DNA of 43,887 nucleotides from Syntrophaceae bacterium (lineage in GTDB: Bacteria > Desulfobacterota > Syntrophia > Syntrophales > Smithellaceae): assembly GCA_016928765.1 (NCBI GenBank), contig JAFGKC010000036.1, forward strand, positions 1-43,887. The letters run 5' to 3'. The notes beneath the pieces were generated by a model, which was not told the DNA's origin, did no database searches, and saw only the letters and a program-made list of their open reading frames with translations. Below, one piece after another: positions 8,638 to 19,666 of this stretch. The stretch's first letter is position 1. Every line of letters begins with the position of its first letter. The position numbers and the translations under genes were made by a program.

Positions 8638-8829
8638 ATGGCAGAAAATAATCCGAAAATTCCTGAAAATACGTGGAAGTGCAGCAACTGCGGCAACACG
8701 CTAGAGGCAATCACACCGCCGGAGATTTGTCCTTCCTGCAAGCAGAAATGCGAATTTATGAATGTGACCTGCTATCAGCCCGGCTGCGGCTTTACGGGGA
8801 TGGACAACCGGCTGAAACCGACAAAGTAA
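8638..8829 (+). CDS. small rubredoxin-like / zinc-ribbon protein (7 Cys)
   Basis: CSNC...CPSC pairs plus further Cys residues. AGGAGA Shine-Dalgarno sequence 9 nt upstream of the ATG. Confidence 0.55.
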   Translation: MAENNPKIPENTWKCSNCGNTLEAITPPEICPSCKQKCEFMNVTCYQPGCGFTGMDNRLKPTK

Positions 8830-8833
8830 AATT

Positions 8834-9595
8834 CTACTTCAGCTCAAACTCAAAGGTGCTCACCACTCTAATCTTTTTTACAGGCGAGCTGGTCGGGCTG
8901 TAATAAGCCGATTCATCATTGCCGTCGCTGCCGAATATCTGGATATTGCCTTGGTTTGCCGAGCGAATCTTTCCTACTTTTACATCAGAATCCGAAGCAA
9001 ATTGCTGCGCGGTCAGCCGCGCGTTTTGCGTGGCTTCCGCCAGTAGCTGAGGACGCAGTTCGTTAAAAGCCGTGAGCATGTAACGGGGATTAGCCATGCC
9101 GTCCATCTGGCCATCAAGCAGCACGCCTGATTTGAGCAGCTTGTCTGTTTCCCCCAGTGTTTTAATCACCAGGTCAATGTTTTTGGTCGTGACGCGCACT
9201 GCGCTTGTGACAACATATCTGAAGCGTTCGTTTGCTTGGCCGGAGTCATAGTCGCGCGCCAGCTTATCGACAATTTTCATCGGCTGTAAACTTATATCCT
9301 CTTCTTTAAATCCCTGATTTTTGAGAAAGGAAACAGTTAATTCTTTGTCCGCGGTTATTCTGGCGTGCGCGTCTTTTAAATTTTCACCTGCCCTGCGAAA
9401 AGAGAGTGTCCAGACAGCTTGATCGGCCTTTACTTCTTTTTCCACCAGCCCTTTGACGGTTACTGTGCGGACATCTGCTTTAAAACGAGCGGCGCCATTT
9501 CCTATATAATAACCGCCAATAGCCAGACCAATTAAAAAGCATACGCCAATTATTATTGCTGAAACGATGATAGTCTGTTTTTCATCCAGTGACAT
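8834..9595 (-). CDS. SIMPL (DUF541) domain-containing protein with an N-terminal membrane anchor
   Basis: One N-terminal TM segment, then a YggE/SIMPL-like layout (...ATQNARLTAQQFA...VGKIRSANQG...). Confidence 0.6.
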   Translation of the reverse strand: MSLDEKQTIIVSAIIIGVCFLIGLAIGGYYIGNGAARFKADVRTVTVKGLVEKEVKADQAVWTLSFRRAGENLKDAHARITADKELTVSFLKNQGFKEEDISLQPMKIVDKLARDYDSGQANERFRYVVTSAVRVTTKNIDLVIKTLGETDKLLKSGVLLDGQMDGMANPRYMLTAFNELRPQLLAEATQNARLTAQQFASDSDVKVGKIRSANQGNIQIFGSDGNDESAYYSPTSSPVKKIRVVSTFEFELK

Positions 9596-9621
9596 TTTCT
9601 GCCCCCTTTAATATATAGTTT

Positions 9622-10962
9622 TTATAAATATTGTTTTGCCATGCGCTTGCCTTCTTCCACATTGACTCGTGAAAGCAAAATTGCGCCGGTGATAAAAAGC
9701 ACGATAATGGAAAGGATGCCATAGCGGGCGTTTCCGGTAATTAAAGTGACAGCACCCATCAGGACTGGTCCCAAAACAGCCGCGAATTTTCCCAGCATGT
9801 TGTAAAACCCGAAGAACTGCGCTGATTTATTCACGGGAATAATCTGCGCAAAAAAACTTCTGCTTAAGGCCTGGATGCCTCCCTGGAAAAGTCCAATGCA
9901 CGCGGCTAACGCGAAAAAATGCCATTTTTGTGTCATAAAGAATGCCATCAAGGTTATTAGAGTGTAGGCGCAGATGGCAATCATAATAGCTTTTTTGGTG
10001 CCGATGCGCATGGAGAATAACCCATACAAAATTGCCGCGGGAAAAGCGATAAACTGCACCATCAGCAACGCCGCGATAAGCGAGCCGCTGTCGAATCCCA
10101 GTGATTTGCCGTAATCCACAGCCATGCGGATAATCGTATCCACACCGTCGATATAAAACCAGTAAGCCAGAAGAAAAAGCGCCACAACTTTGAGATGCCG
10201 AATATCGCGCAGAGTTCCGGCAAGCTGCTGCCAGCCCTCAACAACAGCCTGGAGAAGTGGCGCGCCTTTTTCGGCCTTTGGTTCTTTTACAAAAAGAAAT
10301 AGCGGTATGGAAAAAACCGCCCACCAGATGGCCACGGACAAAAACGAAAGTTTTACGGCCATAGCCTTGCCGGAAATTCCGAAAAACGCGGGAAATTGAA
10401 ACATCAGGACATTGAGCAAGAAAAGCAGCCCGCCACCGATGTAACCCAACCCGAATCCCAGCGTGGAGGTAAAATCCATTTTCTTTTCTGAGGATACCCC
10501 GGTAATGAGTGAATCATAAAAGATATTGCCGCCGGCAAAACCCACGGTTGCGGCCACGTAAAAAATAACGGCCTGCATCCAATGCCCCTGCGCCACCATG
10601 AAAAGTGAGCCAGTCATGACCACGCCAAGGAAAGCAAAGAAGAAAAGAAAATTCTTCTTTGCAGAACCGCGGTCAGCCACCGCCCCAAGAAAAGGCGCCA
10701 GTGCGGCAACGATTATAGAAGAGATCGAATTGGCTAGCCCCAGATAAAAAGTGCTCTGCTGCGGCAGGTTGGGATCAGCCCAATATTCTTTGAAAAAAAT
10801 AGGGAAGAAACCGGCCATGACGGTGGTGGCAAAAGCCGAGTTCGCCCAATCGTACATTGCCCAGGATACAACGGTTTTCTTCTGATCCAGCATATTGCCT
10901 CCCGTAATCAGGAAGTTGAAGTAATGATGCCTTTCAGTGCCATATTTAGTGGCAAAAAACAA
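9622..10962 (-). CDS. MFS transporter, UMF1 / Atg22-like family
   Basis: N-terminal SWAMYDWANSAF signature and about 12 TM segments. The likely start is the ATG at 10893 (GGGAGG 4 nt upstream). Confidence 0.8.
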   Translation of the reverse strand: MFFATKYGTERHHYFNFLITGGNMLDQKKTVVSWAMYDWANSAFATTVMAGFFPIFFKEYWADPNLPQQSTFYLGLANSISSIIVAALAPFLGAVADRGSAKKNFLFFFAFLGVVMTGSLFMVAQGHWMQAVIFYVAATVGFAGGNIFYDSLITGVSSEKKMDFTSTLGFGLGYIGGGLLFLLNVLMFQFPAFFGISGKAMAVKLSFLSVAIWWAVFSIPLFLFVKEPKAEKGAPLLQAVVEGWQQLAGTLRDIRHLKVVALFLLAYWFYIDGVDTIIRMAVDYGKSLGFDSGSLIAALLMVQFIAFPAAILYGLFSMRIGTKKAIMIAICAYTLITLMAFFMTQKWHFFALAACIGLFQGGIQALSRSFFAQIIPVNKSAQFFGFYNMLGKFAAVLGPVLMGAVTLITGNARYGILSIIVLFITGAILLSRVNVEEGKRMAKQYL

Positions 10963-11008
10963 TCGAGATTAATTGAGGAATATAAACCGACGAAAGTAAA
11001 AAATATTT

Positions 11009-12595
11009 TTAGCTTTTTTCCATGGTTTTGTGGAATTTAACTTTTGGCCATTCTTCCATGGTGTGCGACAGTCGCCAATCGCTTGCCGCCAGATAAACAA
11101 TGTTGCCTTCCGTGTCCACGGCAAGATTAGACTGATTCTTTTTTTGAAATTCTTCCATGAGCTTGGTGTCATCACAGGTGACCCAGCGGGCGGCCGCGTA
11201 ATCTGTTTTTTCATAATCGGCGTAAACGCTGTATTCATCTTTGAGCCTCGTCATTGTCACATCAAACTGTAAAGCGCCGACCGCGCCCAGAATATTGTCC
11301 GAGCCCCACAGGGGTTTGAAAACCTGAATCGCGCCTTCTTCGGAAAGCTGCTGGAGGCCTTTTTGCAAATGCTTCATGCGCAGCGGGTCTTTTAGCCGCA
11401 CGCGGCAGAAATGTTCCGGCGCGAAGTGCGGAATGCCGGTGAATTTTAAAAATTCTTTTTGTGTAAAAGTGTCACCGACTTTTATCGTGCCGTGATTATG
11501 CAGGCCGATGATATCGCCGGGGTATGCTTCTTCAACATTAGTGCGGTCCTGCGCCATAAAAATAGTGGCATTGGCCAAAGACACTTCTTTGCCGATACGG
11601 TGATGGATGACGCGCATGCCTCGCTCAAATTTACCGGAACAAATACGCAAAAAAGCAATGCGGTCGCGGTGCGCCGGATCCATGTTGGCTTGGATTTTAA
11701 AAACAAAACCGGAAAAATCATCTTCATCGGGGCTGACTTGCCTTGTTGTAGTGGGGCGGGCTACAGGAGGCGGCGCGATTTCCACAAAAGCCTCCAAAAG
11801 TTCCTTGACGCCGAAGTTGTTGATGGCGCTGCCGAAAAATACCGGGGTCTGGCCAGCCTTGAGATATTCTTTGATGTCAAAGGGATTAGCCGCCCCTTCT
11901 AATAAGGCGATTTCATCCCGCATTTCGTTGGCTTGACTCTCCAATAATTCATCAAGCAGGGGATCGGATAAATCGTTGATAACAACTCCATCTTCCGAAC
12001 GCTTGGCTTTCCCAGGAGTGAAGAGATGCAATTTTTTGTTGTAAAGATTATAAACACCCTTGAAGCGTTTGCCCATACCGATAGGCCAGGATAGGGGCGA
12101 GCATTCAATCTGCAATTTATCTTCGATATCAGCGAGAATTTCAAGCGGGGGCAGGGAATCACGGTCAAGCTTATTAATAAAGGTGATAATCGGCGTGTTG
12201 CGCAGACGGCAGACTTCCATTAATTTTTGTGTTTGCGTCTCCACGCCTTTTGCGCCGTCGATTACCATTAACGCGCTGTCCACAGCAGTGAGCACCCGAT
12301 AAGTGTCTTCGGAGAAATCTTGATGCCCGGGCGTATCCAGAAGATTAATGTCGCAATCCGCGTATTCGAATTTCATGACGGATGATGTAACGGAAATACC
12401 GCGTTCCTTTTCGATAGACATCCAGTCGCTCAAAGCGTGCTTGGATGCTTTGCGGGCTTTGACCGCGCCGGCCATTTGAATAGCCCCGCCGAAAAGCAAC
12501 AACTTTTCCGTCAGCGTGGTTTTGCCCGCGTCGGGATGGCTGATAATCCCGAAAGTGCGCCGCCGTTCTATTTCTTTTAACAGTTGCTTACTCAC
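11009..12595 (-). CDS. prfC: peptide chain release factor 3
   Basis: [30 protein letters not shown] and NKLD GTPase motifs. The 528-aa length fits RF3. Confidence 0.92.
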   Translation of the reverse strand: MSKQLLKEIERRRTFGIISHPDAGKTTLTEKLLLFGGAIQMAGAVKARKASKHALSDWMSIEKERGISVTSSVMKFEYADCDINLLDTPGHQDFSEDTYRVLTAVDSALMVIDGAKGVETQTQKLMEVCRLRNTPIITFINKLDRDSLPPLEILADIEDKLQIECSPLSWPIGMGKRFKGVYNLYNKKLHLFTPGKAKRSEDGVVINDLSDPLLDELLESQANEMRDEIALLEGAANPFDIKEYLKAGQTPVFFGSAINNFGVKELLEAFVEIAPPPVARPTTTRQVSPDEDDFSGFVFKIQANMDPAHRDRIAFLRICSGKFERGMRVIHHRIGKEVSLANATIFMAQDRTNVEEAYPGDIIGLHNHGTIKVGDTFTQKEFLKFTGIPHFAPEHFCRVRLKDPLRMKHLQKGLQQLSEEGAIQVFKPLWGSDNILGAVGALQFDVTMTRLKDEYSVYADYEKTDYAAARWVTCDDTKLMEEFQKKNQSNLAVDTEGNIVYLAASDWRLSHTMEEWPKVKFHKTMEKS

Positions 12596-12607
12596 GCTAA
12601 CCCCATC

Positions 12608-13576
12608 TCAGAAAGCCGTATAGACAAAAACATTATTTTCCATTTCTTCCGATATCCTGCCTTCGGCTTTAAGTTCCTGCAGATACACGAATGTTTCGTT
12701 GAGTGCCAGAAATTTTTCAAAATCCGGCAGATCTTCGCCGAATATCTCCTGGGCGACGTCGCGAGCGGTTTTAGGTGCGCTGTTTAAAAAACCGTAAAAA
12801 TAGTTTTTGCGCTGCTCGTGATGCGCGCGTATCTCGGCGATTCTTTCGTCAACAGAAGATAATGAATTGCCATGCCCTGGATGAATTTCCGCGCAGCCAA
12901 GATTTTCAATCTTGCCTAGCGATTCCAGATAAGTTTTCAGCGGCTGGTAATTATCGTCAAATATATTAGGGGTGAGGCTGGGAGCGATATAAGGTAGTAT
13001 GTGATCTCCCGCCAAAAGAAATTTCTCTTCAGGGAAGAAAAAACAGATATGGCCGTTGGCATGCCCCGGCGTGGAAATTACTTGAAATTGAGTCGAGCCA
13101 AATTTGCAGACCTGCTTATCTTTTAAAATATCGTCAGCGCCAAACTCCGTGATAATGGCGCGGATATCTTCAAACTCGTCGATAATGGCGTCTATTTCCG
13201 CGGGCGTCATACCGTGGCTCGCGTAAAAGTTTCTGGCTTGCGCCACCGCTTCGTCTGACTTGCGGTAATGCTGATATTCATCAAACGCCGGCGCGGAGAG
13301 AAAGACTTTCGCGCCCGTCATTTTCTGCAAGAGCCCTGCCATGCTGCAGTGATCGGTATGCACATGCGTCAGATAAATCTGCCGGATGTTTTGGATGTCG
13401 AGGCCGACGCTTTGCAAATCGCTCTCGAGCGCCGCCAGCGCGCTATCCGTATTTAAACCTGTGTCAAAAAGCGCGAGGTTTTTATCCTGAGCCAAAAGAT
13501 AAGCGTGCACGTGCCTTAAGCGGTAAGGCATGCGTGAAGTTATGCGGTAAAAATTTTTCTGAAGTTCTGTAATCAT
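12608..13576 (-). CDS. MBL-fold metallo-hydrolase
   Basis: HxHxDH motif (THVHTDH) plus downstream His/Asp ligands (TPGHANGH). Confidence 0.8.
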   Translation of the reverse strand: MITELQKNFYRITSRMPYRLRHVHAYLLAQDKNLALFDTGLNTDSALAALESDLQSVGLDIQNIRQIYLTHVHTDHCSMAGLLQKMTGAKVFLSAPAFDEYQHYRKSDEAVAQARNFYASHGMTPAEIDAIIDEFEDIRAIITEFGADDILKDKQVCKFGSTQFQVISTPGHANGHICFFFPEEKFLLAGDHILPYIAPSLTPNIFDDNYQPLKTYLESLGKIENLGCAEIHPGHGNSLSSVDERIAEIRAHHEQRKNYFYGFLNSAPKTARDVAQEIFGEDLPDFEKFLALNETFVYLQELKAEGRISEEMENNVFVYTAF

Positions 13577-13646
13577 TTTTATTTATCTGTTATGCTGATA
13601 ATTTATAATCAGGCTCCTGTGTTTTTCTAACCTCCGATGTCACAAT

Positions 13647-13738
13647 GTCTTTGCGAGCGAATGAAATGAGCGAAGCAATCTCGTAAGTATCATGATATAT
13701 TTAGATTGCCACGTCCGCCACGGCGGACTCGCAATGAC
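13647..13738. repeat. composite REP/MITE-like palindromic element (GTCATTGCGAG...GCAATC type, two inverted units)
   Basis: GTCTTTGCGAG-N-GAAGCAATC (13647-13680) faces GATTGC-N-CTCGCAATGAC (13704-13738). Confidence 0.6.
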
Positions 13739-13786
13739 AAAGTAGGATTACAGCACGGTTTTTTCACCAGGATAACAAAATTTATA

Positions 13787-15607
13787 TTAATCGTCTTTGC
13801 GGCTTTTCATCTGCCGTTTGGTCGCGTCGAGTTCCATTTTTCTCAGGCGAACGCTTTTGGGGGTAATTTCCACAAGTTCATCTTCGGCAATAAATTCGAT
13901 GGCCTGATCCAGAGATAAAATGCGCGGCGGCCTTAAAATTACTGTCGCGTCAGAAGAGGATGCCCGCATATTCGTCAGCTTCTTTTCTTTGGTGATGTTC
14001 ACATTCAAGTCGCTCGCGCGGTTGCGCTCCCCTATAATCATGCCCGCGTAAACGTCCGTTCCTATTTCCACAATCATTTCGCCGCGGTCTTCCATTGCAA
14101 AACTCGCGTATGATGTGACGCGGCCTGCACGGTCGGAGACCAATGCTCCCGTCATGCGCTGCGGTATCGCGCCAAACCATGGCGCGTAATCTTCCAATAA
14201 TGAATTCATCACGCCACCGCCTTTGGTATCGGTCAAAAACTGACTGCGGAAACCGATCAGGCCGCGCGAAGGAATCAAAAATTCCATGCTGACTCTGCCC
14301 GATCCTTTATTAACCAGGCTCTCCATGCGGCCTTTTCGTATGGAGAGTTTTTCAGTGATTTTGCCCACAAATTCTTCCGGTATATCCAGAAACAGCCTTT
14401 CCACCGGCTCATAAGTTTTACCTTTTTCTTCCCGGGTGATTACCCGCGGGCGTGACACCATTAATTCGTAGCCTTCGCGGCGCATCGTTTCCACTAATAC
14501 CGCCATCTGCAATTCTCCGCGGCCGCAAACTTCAAAGGCGTCGGTTCTTCCCAGCTTTTTTATTCGGATAGCGACATTGCGCAGTGCTTCTTTTTCCAGC
14601 CGCTCCAGCAAGTGGCGCGAGGTAAGATATTTTCCTTCCTTGCCGGCAAAGGGGCTGTTATTGACATAAAAAATCATCGATACTGTCGGCTCATCCACCT
14701 GCAAGCGGGGTAATGCGCGCGGTTCGTCCAGAGACGATATGGTATCACCGATGCTGACATTTTCCACGCCGGATAAAGCGATAATGTCGCCGGACTCAAC
14801 GCTTTCAACCGGTTTTTTTGTCAGGCCGTAAAAAGTATAAAGCGCGGAGAATTTAACGTTAGGAATTATTTTTTCCTGCGTGCAGAGGCTGTAGCTCACA
14901 TTCATTTCCAGTTTGCCGCTTTGTAGTCGCCCTACGGCAATTTGTCCCATGTAAGAATCATAATCCAGATTGGTAACCAGAAATTGCGGGATGTCCTCAT
15001 CATTTCCTTGCGGCGCGGGTATACGCTCAATGATTGTCTGCAAGAGCGGCTGCAAATCGTTACTGTCATCGCCAAGTTTTTTATGGCTTACGCCGATTTT
15101 GGCGTTAGTATAAAGAATAGGGAATTCTATTTGTTTCTCTTCGGCGCCCAAATCTATAAAGAGGTCGTAGGTATCGTTGATTACTTCTTCGATACGTGCG
15201 TCCGAGCGGTCAATTTTATTAATCACTAAAATAATCGGCAGATGCAGACCGAGCGCCTTTTTTAAAACGAAACGGGTTTGCGGCAGCGGTCCTTCACTGG
15301 CATCAACCAATAGTATCGCGCCGTCAACCATGTTGAGGCTCCGCTCCACCTCGCCGCCGAAATCGGCGTGTCCGGGCGTGTCCACAATATTGATTTTTAC
15401 GCCGTTATAATCAACGGCCGTGTTTTTGGCCATGATGGTGATCCCGCGTTCTTTTTCCAAATCCATAGAATCCATCACGCGGTCCTCAACGGCCTGATTT
15501 ATCCGAAACACTCCAGTCTGCTTCAGCATGGCGTTGAGCAGTGTGGTTTTGCCGTGATCGACGTGGGAAATTATGGCAATATTTCGTATATGATCTTTTT
15601 TCATCAC
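13787..15607 (-). CDS. typA: translational GTPase TypA/BipA
   Basis: [22 protein letters not shown] and NKID motifs. 606 aa with the BipA-type C-terminus. Confidence 0.92.
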   Translation of the reverse strand: MMKKDHIRNIAIISHVDHGKTTLLNAMLKQTGVFRINQAVEDRVMDSMDLEKERGITIMAKNTAVDYNGVKINIVDTPGHADFGGEVERSLNMVDGAILLVDASEGPLPQTRFVLKKALGLHLPIILVINKIDRSDARIEEVINDTYDLFIDLGAEEKQIEFPILYTNAKIGVSHKKLGDDSNDLQPLLQTIIERIPAPQGNDEDIPQFLVTNLDYDSYMGQIAVGRLQSGKLEMNVSYSLCTQEKIIPNVKFSALYTFYGLTKKPVESVESGDIIALSGVENVSIGDTISSLDEPRALPRLQVDEPTVSMIFYVNNSPFAGKEGKYLTSRHLLERLEKEALRNVAIRIKKLGRTDAFEVCGRGELQMAVLVETMRREGYELMVSRPRVITREEKGKTYEPVERLFLDIPEEFVGKITEKLSIRKGRMESLVNKGSGRVSMEFLIPSRGLIGFRSQFLTDTKGGGVMNSLLEDYAPWFGAIPQRMTGALVSDRAGRVTSYASFAMEDRGEMIVEIGTDVYAGMIIGERNRASDLNVNITKEKKLTNMRASSSDATVILRPPRILSLDQAIEFIAEDELVEITPKSVRLRKMELDATKRQMKSRKDD

Positions 15608-15798
15608 TTTACATTCCTAAAGGGCATCTTTTGTTAACTGGTTTTCGCGGTGGATATGGGCTGGAATTTAACCAATTTTAAACTGGGATGGCCGAACCTT
15701 TCTTTATCTGAGCGCGTTTCCATAGCAAAAAGACGGTTTTTTAGCCAGCTATTTCTTTTCTATATATATTCGAAGAAAACGTTATTTTTGAAATAGTC

Positions 15799-15827
15799 TT
15801 TACAAATCAGTGGCGGAGCACTATATT
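15799..15827 (+). promoter_or_regulatory. candidate sigma70-type promoter for hsp20-lon
   Basis: TTTACA-N17-TATATT. However, it lies about 180 nt upstream of the hsp20 start, with hairpin repeats in between. Confidence 0.3.
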
Positions 15828-15876
15828 TTGAAGCGAGCACTTAATATATTGAGACATTTGCAAGACTCCTCTATTC

Positions 15877-15946
15877 GTCATTCCGGCGAAAGCCGGAATC
15901 TAGGAAATGCTTGATAATACTGGATACCGGCCTTCGCCGGTATGAC
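15877..15946. repeat. REP/MITE-like palindromic element (two inverted GTCAT hairpin units)
   Basis: GTCATTCCGGCGAAAGCCGGAATC ... GGATACCGGCCTTCGCCGGTATGAC. The arms are about 20/24 complementary and flank a 22-nt core. Confidence 0.65.
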
Positions 15947-16000
15947 ATAATTGGTGGTTTTATGCAGTTGTGGAAAGGTCTCATATTATCAATTTAATAG

Positions 16001-16450
16001 GTGAGAGAAATGAATTTTATTAAAATAAAGTTTGTCAGTAATCTCGAAGACGAATTCCAAAAAGCGGTTAATGAAGTTTTTAATATGGTCAGCCCGCTGT
16101 TTAAATACCATGAATCAGTATGGCGCCCCAGTGTGGATGTGTACGAGTCCGCCGCGGAAATCATCGTTCTGGCGGAGGTAGCGGGCATGAACAAAGAAGA
16201 GCTTCATATCGAGATTGATCACCGGAGAATAAAAATAGCGGGGGTGCGCAAATCTATCGCCGAAGAGCAGGAAATCCGCTATCGCCTGGCGGAAATTCCG
16301 CGCGGCTATTTTGAAAGAAACATTACATTGCCGGATATGGTGGACGCGGAATCCGCAGTCGCTTCTTATGCCGAAGGTGTTTTGATGATCCGGGTAAATA
16401 AAATACCGGTAAATAAGACGCATCGCGTTACCGTTACCTCAGAGGAATAA
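16001..16450 (+). CDS. Hsp20 / alpha-crystallin family small heat-shock protein
   Basis: Alpha-crystallin domain pattern (VDVYESAAEIIVLAEVAGMNKEELHIEI ... GVLMIRVNK). The likely start is the ATG at 16010, preceded by AGGTGAG. Confidence 0.85.
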   Translation: MREMNFIKIKFVSNLEDEFQKAVNEVFNMVSPLFKYHESVWRPSVDVYESAAEIIVLAEVAGMNKEELHIEIDHRRIKIAGVRKSIAEEQEIRYRLAEIPRGYFERNITLPDMVDAESAVASYAEGVLMIRVNKIPVNKTHRVTVTSEE

Positions 16451-16487
16451 TTATGGCGTTATTTTTGCGATGACCTAACCGGAGGAT

Positions 16488-18860
16488 TTGATGGCTGAAC
16501 AAATAAAGACAGAAGATAAAAAATTTAAGATACCAGAAATAATTCCCATCCTTTCACTGCAAAGCATTTTGGTTTTCCCTAAAATGATGGCGCCGCTGGA
16601 AGTGGCGGGTGGGCATTACGCCTTGCTTGTTGATGAGGCCATGACCAAGGACAGGCTGGTCGGCCTGATTATGTCGAAGCGGGAACTTACGGGCGAAGAC
16701 GATCGTTATAAGATGGAAGATTTGCACAACACCGGGACATGTTCCGTAATTTTACGCATGGCCAAAACGGCGGAAAACAAAACGCAGATGCTTTTGCAGG
16801 GTATCAGCCGTTTTCAGATTGTGGAGTTGGTGGAAGGCAAACCCTACCAGCAGGCGCGCATCAAAGTAATTGAGGACGCGGAAGCCAAAGATATTGAAAC
16901 AGAAGCGCTGATGGCCAATCTGCTGGTTTTGTTCGACAGAATTCTTAAGCTTTCTCCTTTCCTTCCACCGGAATTCGGGCCGATGGCCAAATCGATTACG
17001 GAAGCGGGGACGCTCGCGGATTTGATTGCGTCCATTATTAACGCTCCGGTTGAGGAAAAGCAGAAAATACTCGACAGCCTTGATGTAAAGACGCGCCTGA
17101 AAGAATTGACCCGCATGGTCAATCATCAGATGGAAGTTCTGGAGCTGGGCAACAAAATCCAGACCAAAGTCAAAGATGATATGGATAAAAGCCAGCACGA
17201 ATATTATCTGCGCCAGCAGCTCAAAGCGATTAAGCAGGAGCTGGGCGAAGCGGATGAAAATGCAGTGGAAACAGAGGAATACCGCAAAAAGATTGAAGAG
17301 AAAAAGGTGCCCGAAGAAGCCAAGAAAGAAGCGCTGCGCGAGTTGGAGCGGCTCTCGCGCATGAATCCCGCTTCCGCGGAATACACGGTATCATCCACTT
17401 ATCTGGATTGGATTACCGCCCTGCCTTGGAACGAATCCACTCCGGACAATCTTGATATCAAAAAAGCGCGGGAAGTCCTGGATGAAGACCATTATGGGCT
17501 GGAAAAAGCTAAAAAACGCATTATCGAATACCTTGCCGTACGCAAGTTAAAGCCGGATTCCAAAGGGCCGATTTTATGTTTTGTTGGCCCTCCGGGTACG
17601 GGAAAAACTTCTCTGGGGCATTCCATCGCGCGGGCGCTGGAGAGAAAATTCGTGCGCATCTCTATGGGCGGCGTGCGCGACGAGGCGGAAATCCGCGGCC
17701 ATCGCCGCACGTATATCGGCGCTTTGCCCGGCCGCGTTATTCAGGGATTGCGGCGCGCGGAATCGAACAATCCTGTTTTTATGCTCGACGAGATCGACAA
17801 GGTCGGCTCTGATTTTCGCGGCGATCCATCTTCGGCGCTTTTGGAAGTGCTTGATCCCCAGCAGAATAATTCTTTTTCCGATCATTATTTGGATGTGCCG
17901 TTCGATCTTTCGCATGTGATGTTTATCACTACGGCCAATATTCTGGATACGATTCCACCGGCTCTGCTCGACAGGCTCGAAGTAATAGAACTCACCGGTT
18001 ACACGCAGGTGGAAAAAGTTAAAATAGCTGAAAGATATTTGATTCCCCGGCAGTTGACCGAAAACGGCCTTAAGCCTGAGCAGCTCAAAATCAACAGCGC
18101 TGCTCTCGAAAGCATTATTAAAGGCTACACCAGAGAAGCGGGCGTGAGAAATCTCGAGCGGGAAATCGCTAATGTCTGCCGCGGTGTCGCCTCGGAAATT
18201 GCCGAAGAAAAAACCGAATCGAAAATAGTAACACCAAAAGAATTACACAAATATCTTGGGCCGGTGCGCGTTATGACGGATTTTGACGCGCGCATATCCA
18301 AACCCGGCATTGCCATAGGGCTTGCCTGGACGCCCGTGGGCGGCGATTTATTGTTCATTGAAGCGACCGCCATGAAAGGCAAGAAGAGCTTAACTTTGAC
18401 CGGTCAGTTGGGTGACGTGATGAAAGAATCTGCCGCCGCGGCTTTGAGCTTTATCCGCACCAATTCCAAGGCGCTGGGTGTCGCGGCTAATTTCTTTGAG
18501 GATTTGGATATTCACATCCATGTTCCCGCGGGCGCGATCCCCAAAGATGGCCCTTCGGCAGGCGTGACCATGCTCACCGCTCTGACTTCGCTTTTGACCA
18601 ACCGTAAGATAAAAAAGAATTTGGCGATGACAGGTGAAATCACCCTGCGCGGCGCGGTGCTTCCCGTAGGCGGCATCAAGGAAAAGGTGCTTGCCGCTTA
18701 CCGCGCGGGGATCAAAACCATAATTTTACCCGCATGGAATAAAAAGGATTTGGAAGACATTCCTCGCGATGTGCAAAAAAGCATCAAATTTCATTTTGTC
18801 GAAGATATGCTGGAAGTGCTGAAACTGGCGCTGGAAACTAAAGGTAAGAAAAAAAGGTGA
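16488..18860 (+). CDS. lon: ATP-dependent Lon protease (endopeptidase La)
   Basis: Walker [10 protein letters not shown] and catalytic Ser context PKDGPSAG. LonA N-domain present. The likely start is the ATG at 16491, after GGAGGA. Confidence 0.95.
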   Translation: MMAEQIKTEDKKFKIPEIIPILSLQSILVFPKMMAPLEVAGGHYALLVDEAMTKDRLVGLIMSKRELTGEDDRYKMEDLHNTGTCSVILRMAKTAENKTQMLLQGISRFQIVELVEGKPYQQARIKVIEDAEAKDIETEALMANLLVLFDRILKLSPFLPPEFGPMAKSITEAGTLADLIASIINAPVEEKQKILDSLDVKTRLKELTRMVNHQMEVLELGNKIQTKVKDDMDKSQHEYYLRQQLKAIKQELGEADENAVETEEYRKKIEEKKVPEEAKKEALRELERLSRMNPASAEYTVSSTYLDWITALPWNESTPDNLDIKKAREVLDEDHYGLEKAKKRIIEYLAVRKLKPDSKGPILCFVGPPGTGKTSLGHSIARALERKFVRISMGGVRDEAEIRGHRRTYIGALPGRVIQGLRRAESNNPVFMLDEIDKVGSDFRGDPSSALLEVLDPQQNNSFSDHYLDVPFDLSHVMFITTANILDTIPPALLDRLEVIELTGYTQVEKVKIAERYLIPRQLTENGLKPEQLKINSAALESIIKGYTREAGVRNLEREIANVCRGVASEIAEEKTESKIVTPKELHKYLGPVRVMTDFDARISKPGIAIGLAWTPVGGDLLFIEATAMKGKKSLTLTGQLGDVMKESAAAALSFIRTNSKALGVAANFFEDLDIHIHVPAGAIPKDGPSAGVTMLTALTSLLTNRKIKKNLAMTGEITLRGAVLPVGGIKEKVLAAYRAGIKTIILPAWNKKDLEDIPRDVQKSIKFHFVEDMLEVLKLALETKGKKKR

Positions 18861-18941
18861 TTTGCTAAATGAAGTAAGATTGTATTGAAAATCGGAAAAT
18901 ACCGATTGGGTATATTAATTGTTTGGTAGCTAAATAAGGTA

Positions 18942-19553
18942 ATGTGCAACATGGTTGAAAATAAAATTAATAGATTCGTAATAGCTCAAGAGCAATTGCC
19001 TGAAAAATTTCCTACACATCGGCATCAATCGGAGTTTTGGGAAAGTTTAGGTCGGGCCGTTGGTACATTTGGATTTCTTGAGGAAGTGTTAGGTAAGGCC
19101 ATATTTGCTTTATCGGGCACACGACCTTACGAAGAAAATGAGATAAAAATTGCCTATGAAAAATGGCTCCCAAAACTGGAGCGAGCACTGTATGACCAGC
19201 TTGGAGGTCTTATAGATAGTTTTGGTAAAGCAGTTCGCGAACATCCAAAATCAAAAATAAATAACCTAGATGAACTGTTGGTGGATTTAAAAAAGGCTGC
19301 GGAAATGCGAAATCTATTATGCCACGGATCATGGGGACCTCCTGATGATTCCGGCGCCTCTCTGCCATTGTTTGTAAACCGCCAAATGGAAATCTTTGAT
19401 ACTAAGGTGGATTGTGCATTTCTCAATCAGGTGCAATTGCATGCGGCCAGTTTAGCATGTGAGGTGATAAACACTGTAACTCATATGGGCTTCCAATTCC
19501 CAGGGTCTTCTGGACCAGGAGTTAAAATCTGGAACAATGAGAAAAAGCAATGA
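18942..19553 (+). CDS. hypothetical protein with an HEPN-like Rx4H motif
   Basis: AAEMRNLLCHG (R123...H128; nt 19308-19325) sits in a region that reads as predominantly helical, with no other recognisable domain. Confidence 0.5.
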   Translation: MCNMVENKINRFVIAQEQLPEKFPTHRHQSEFWESLGRAVGTFGFLEEVLGKAIFALSGTRPYEENEIKIAYEKWLPKLERALYDQLGGLIDSFGKAVREHPKSKINNLDELLVDLKKAAEMRNLLCHGSWGPPDDSGASLPLFVNRQMEIFDTKVDCAFLNQVQLHAASLACEVINTVTHMGFQFPGSSGPGVKIWNNEKKQ

Positions 19554-19590
19554 ATATTCTTATGTTTGAATTTGATCAAAATAAATAGTT

Positions 19591-19646
19591 GCCCAACAAG
19601 GGCAATCCGGCCGATCGCTGCGCTCCGGCTAATTTTTTTGTTAGAT
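19591..19646 (+). repeat. attC-like repeat, copy D (56 nt)
   Basis: GCCCAACAAGGGCAATCCGGCCGATCGCTGCGCTCCGGCTAATTTTTTTGTTAGAT, bounded by GCCCAAC (RYYYAAC) and GTTAGAT (GTTRRRY). Confidence 0.5.
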
Positions 19647-19666
19647 GAGAAAATAAATAAATTATT

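Noticed and set aside
8523-8741. 72-aa minus-strand ORF between queF and the zinc-ribbon gene.
   Set aside because: It overlaps the better-supported plus-strand zinc-ribbon ORF and its Shine-Dalgarno sequence. It has no ribosome-binding site and a low-complexity hydrophobic translation.
15808-15850. A CIRCE, HAIR or sigma32-type heat-shock control element upstream of hsp20-lon.
   Set aside because: Only a direct repeat of GAGCACT is present (GGAGCACTATATTTTGAAGCGAGCACTT). It is not the TTAGCACTC-N9-GAGTGCTAA inverted repeat. TTGAAA at 15788 lacks a CCCCAT-type -10, and TTCGAAGAA at 15770 merely resembles a eukaryotic HSE.
18885-18912. The hairpin AATCGG-AAAATA-CCGATT after lon as a terminator or attI-like site.
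   Set aside because: The stem is only 6 bp and AT-containing, with no T-run. It is too weak to call, and no integrase gene is nearby to define an attI.
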